64,000 nt of DNA from a virus. Taxonomy: Duplodnaviria > Heunggongvirae > Uroviricota > Caudoviricetes. Both the position numbers and the translations under genes were made by a program. Positions 63,929-64,000 of this stretch are shown here, in pieces (within the stretch, counting starts at the first letter, position 1; each line of letters opens with the position of its first letter). The notes below the pieces were generated by a model, which worked only from the letters and a program-made list of their open reading frames with translations, searched no databases and was not told the DNA's origin. The stretch covers positions 45,793 to 109,792 of IMG/VR virus record IMGVR_UViG_3300037225_000328; one strand, given 5' to 3'.

Positions 63929-64000
63929 TTCTTTTACTTCAGCCGAGAATGGCCGACCAGATTTATTGAGTACGCTTAAATGTACTAATTTACGAATTTG

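Overview
The window reads as a contiguous stretch of a tailed dsDNA bacteriophage or prophage genome. No tRNA, rRNA or CRISPR array was seen. Almost all genes sit on the minus strand and are packed tightly, with frequent ATGA stop/start overlaps. The background is AT-rich, roughly 40% GC.

Three modules are visible:
- Replication and nucleotide metabolism, from about 0.1 to 35 kb: ATP-dependent DNA ligase, a sigma-factor-like protein, a VRR-NUC nuclease, family-A DNA polymerase with a 3'-5' exonuclease domain, two ParB-like proteins, an SNF2-type helicase, a D5-like primase-helicase, a MazG-like dNTP pyrophosphohydrolase and a DnaQ-like exonuclease. An RNA-repair set sits here too: a P-loop polynucleotide kinase (frameshifted at an A5 run), a calcineurin-like phosphoesterase and an Rnl2-type RNA ligase.
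- A glycosylation-type cluster at 15.5-23.6 kb: two paralogous GT41 (OGT/HMW1C-like) glycosyltransferases, a three-domain sugar C-methyltransferase-like enzyme, a metallophosphoesterase and a GT4 glycosyltransferase.
- A siphovirus-like morphogenesis module at 36-64 kb: tail fibre and baseplate proteins, a 1307-aa tape measure, a major tail protein, major capsid, scaffold, connector, and three tandem collagen-like fibre genes. The collagen-like fibres are Thr-rich (G-X-T)n; the largest is 1733 aa and contains three near-identical tandem DNA repeats of about 910 bp.

The genome is heavily colonised by freestanding homing-endonuclease genes. There are four HNH-AP2 paralogs, two EndoVII-type HNH genes, one GIY-YIG gene, and one zinc-ribbon HNH gene split by a G13 homopolymer.

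Other notable structures:
- A roughly 430-bp symmetric inverted repeat carrying divergent TTGGTA-N16-TGgTATCAT promoters between the ParB-like and primase genes.
- A perfect sigma70-consensus promoter.
- Rho-independent-terminator-like hairpins after the major tail and major capsid genes.
- GC-rich tracts of about 58-60% GC flanking one HNH-AP2 insertion.
- Several small paralogous gene families.

The most interesting hypothesis is that the GT41, methyltransferase and GT4 cluster is a virion-protein glycosylation system targeting the Thr-rich collagen-like fibres.
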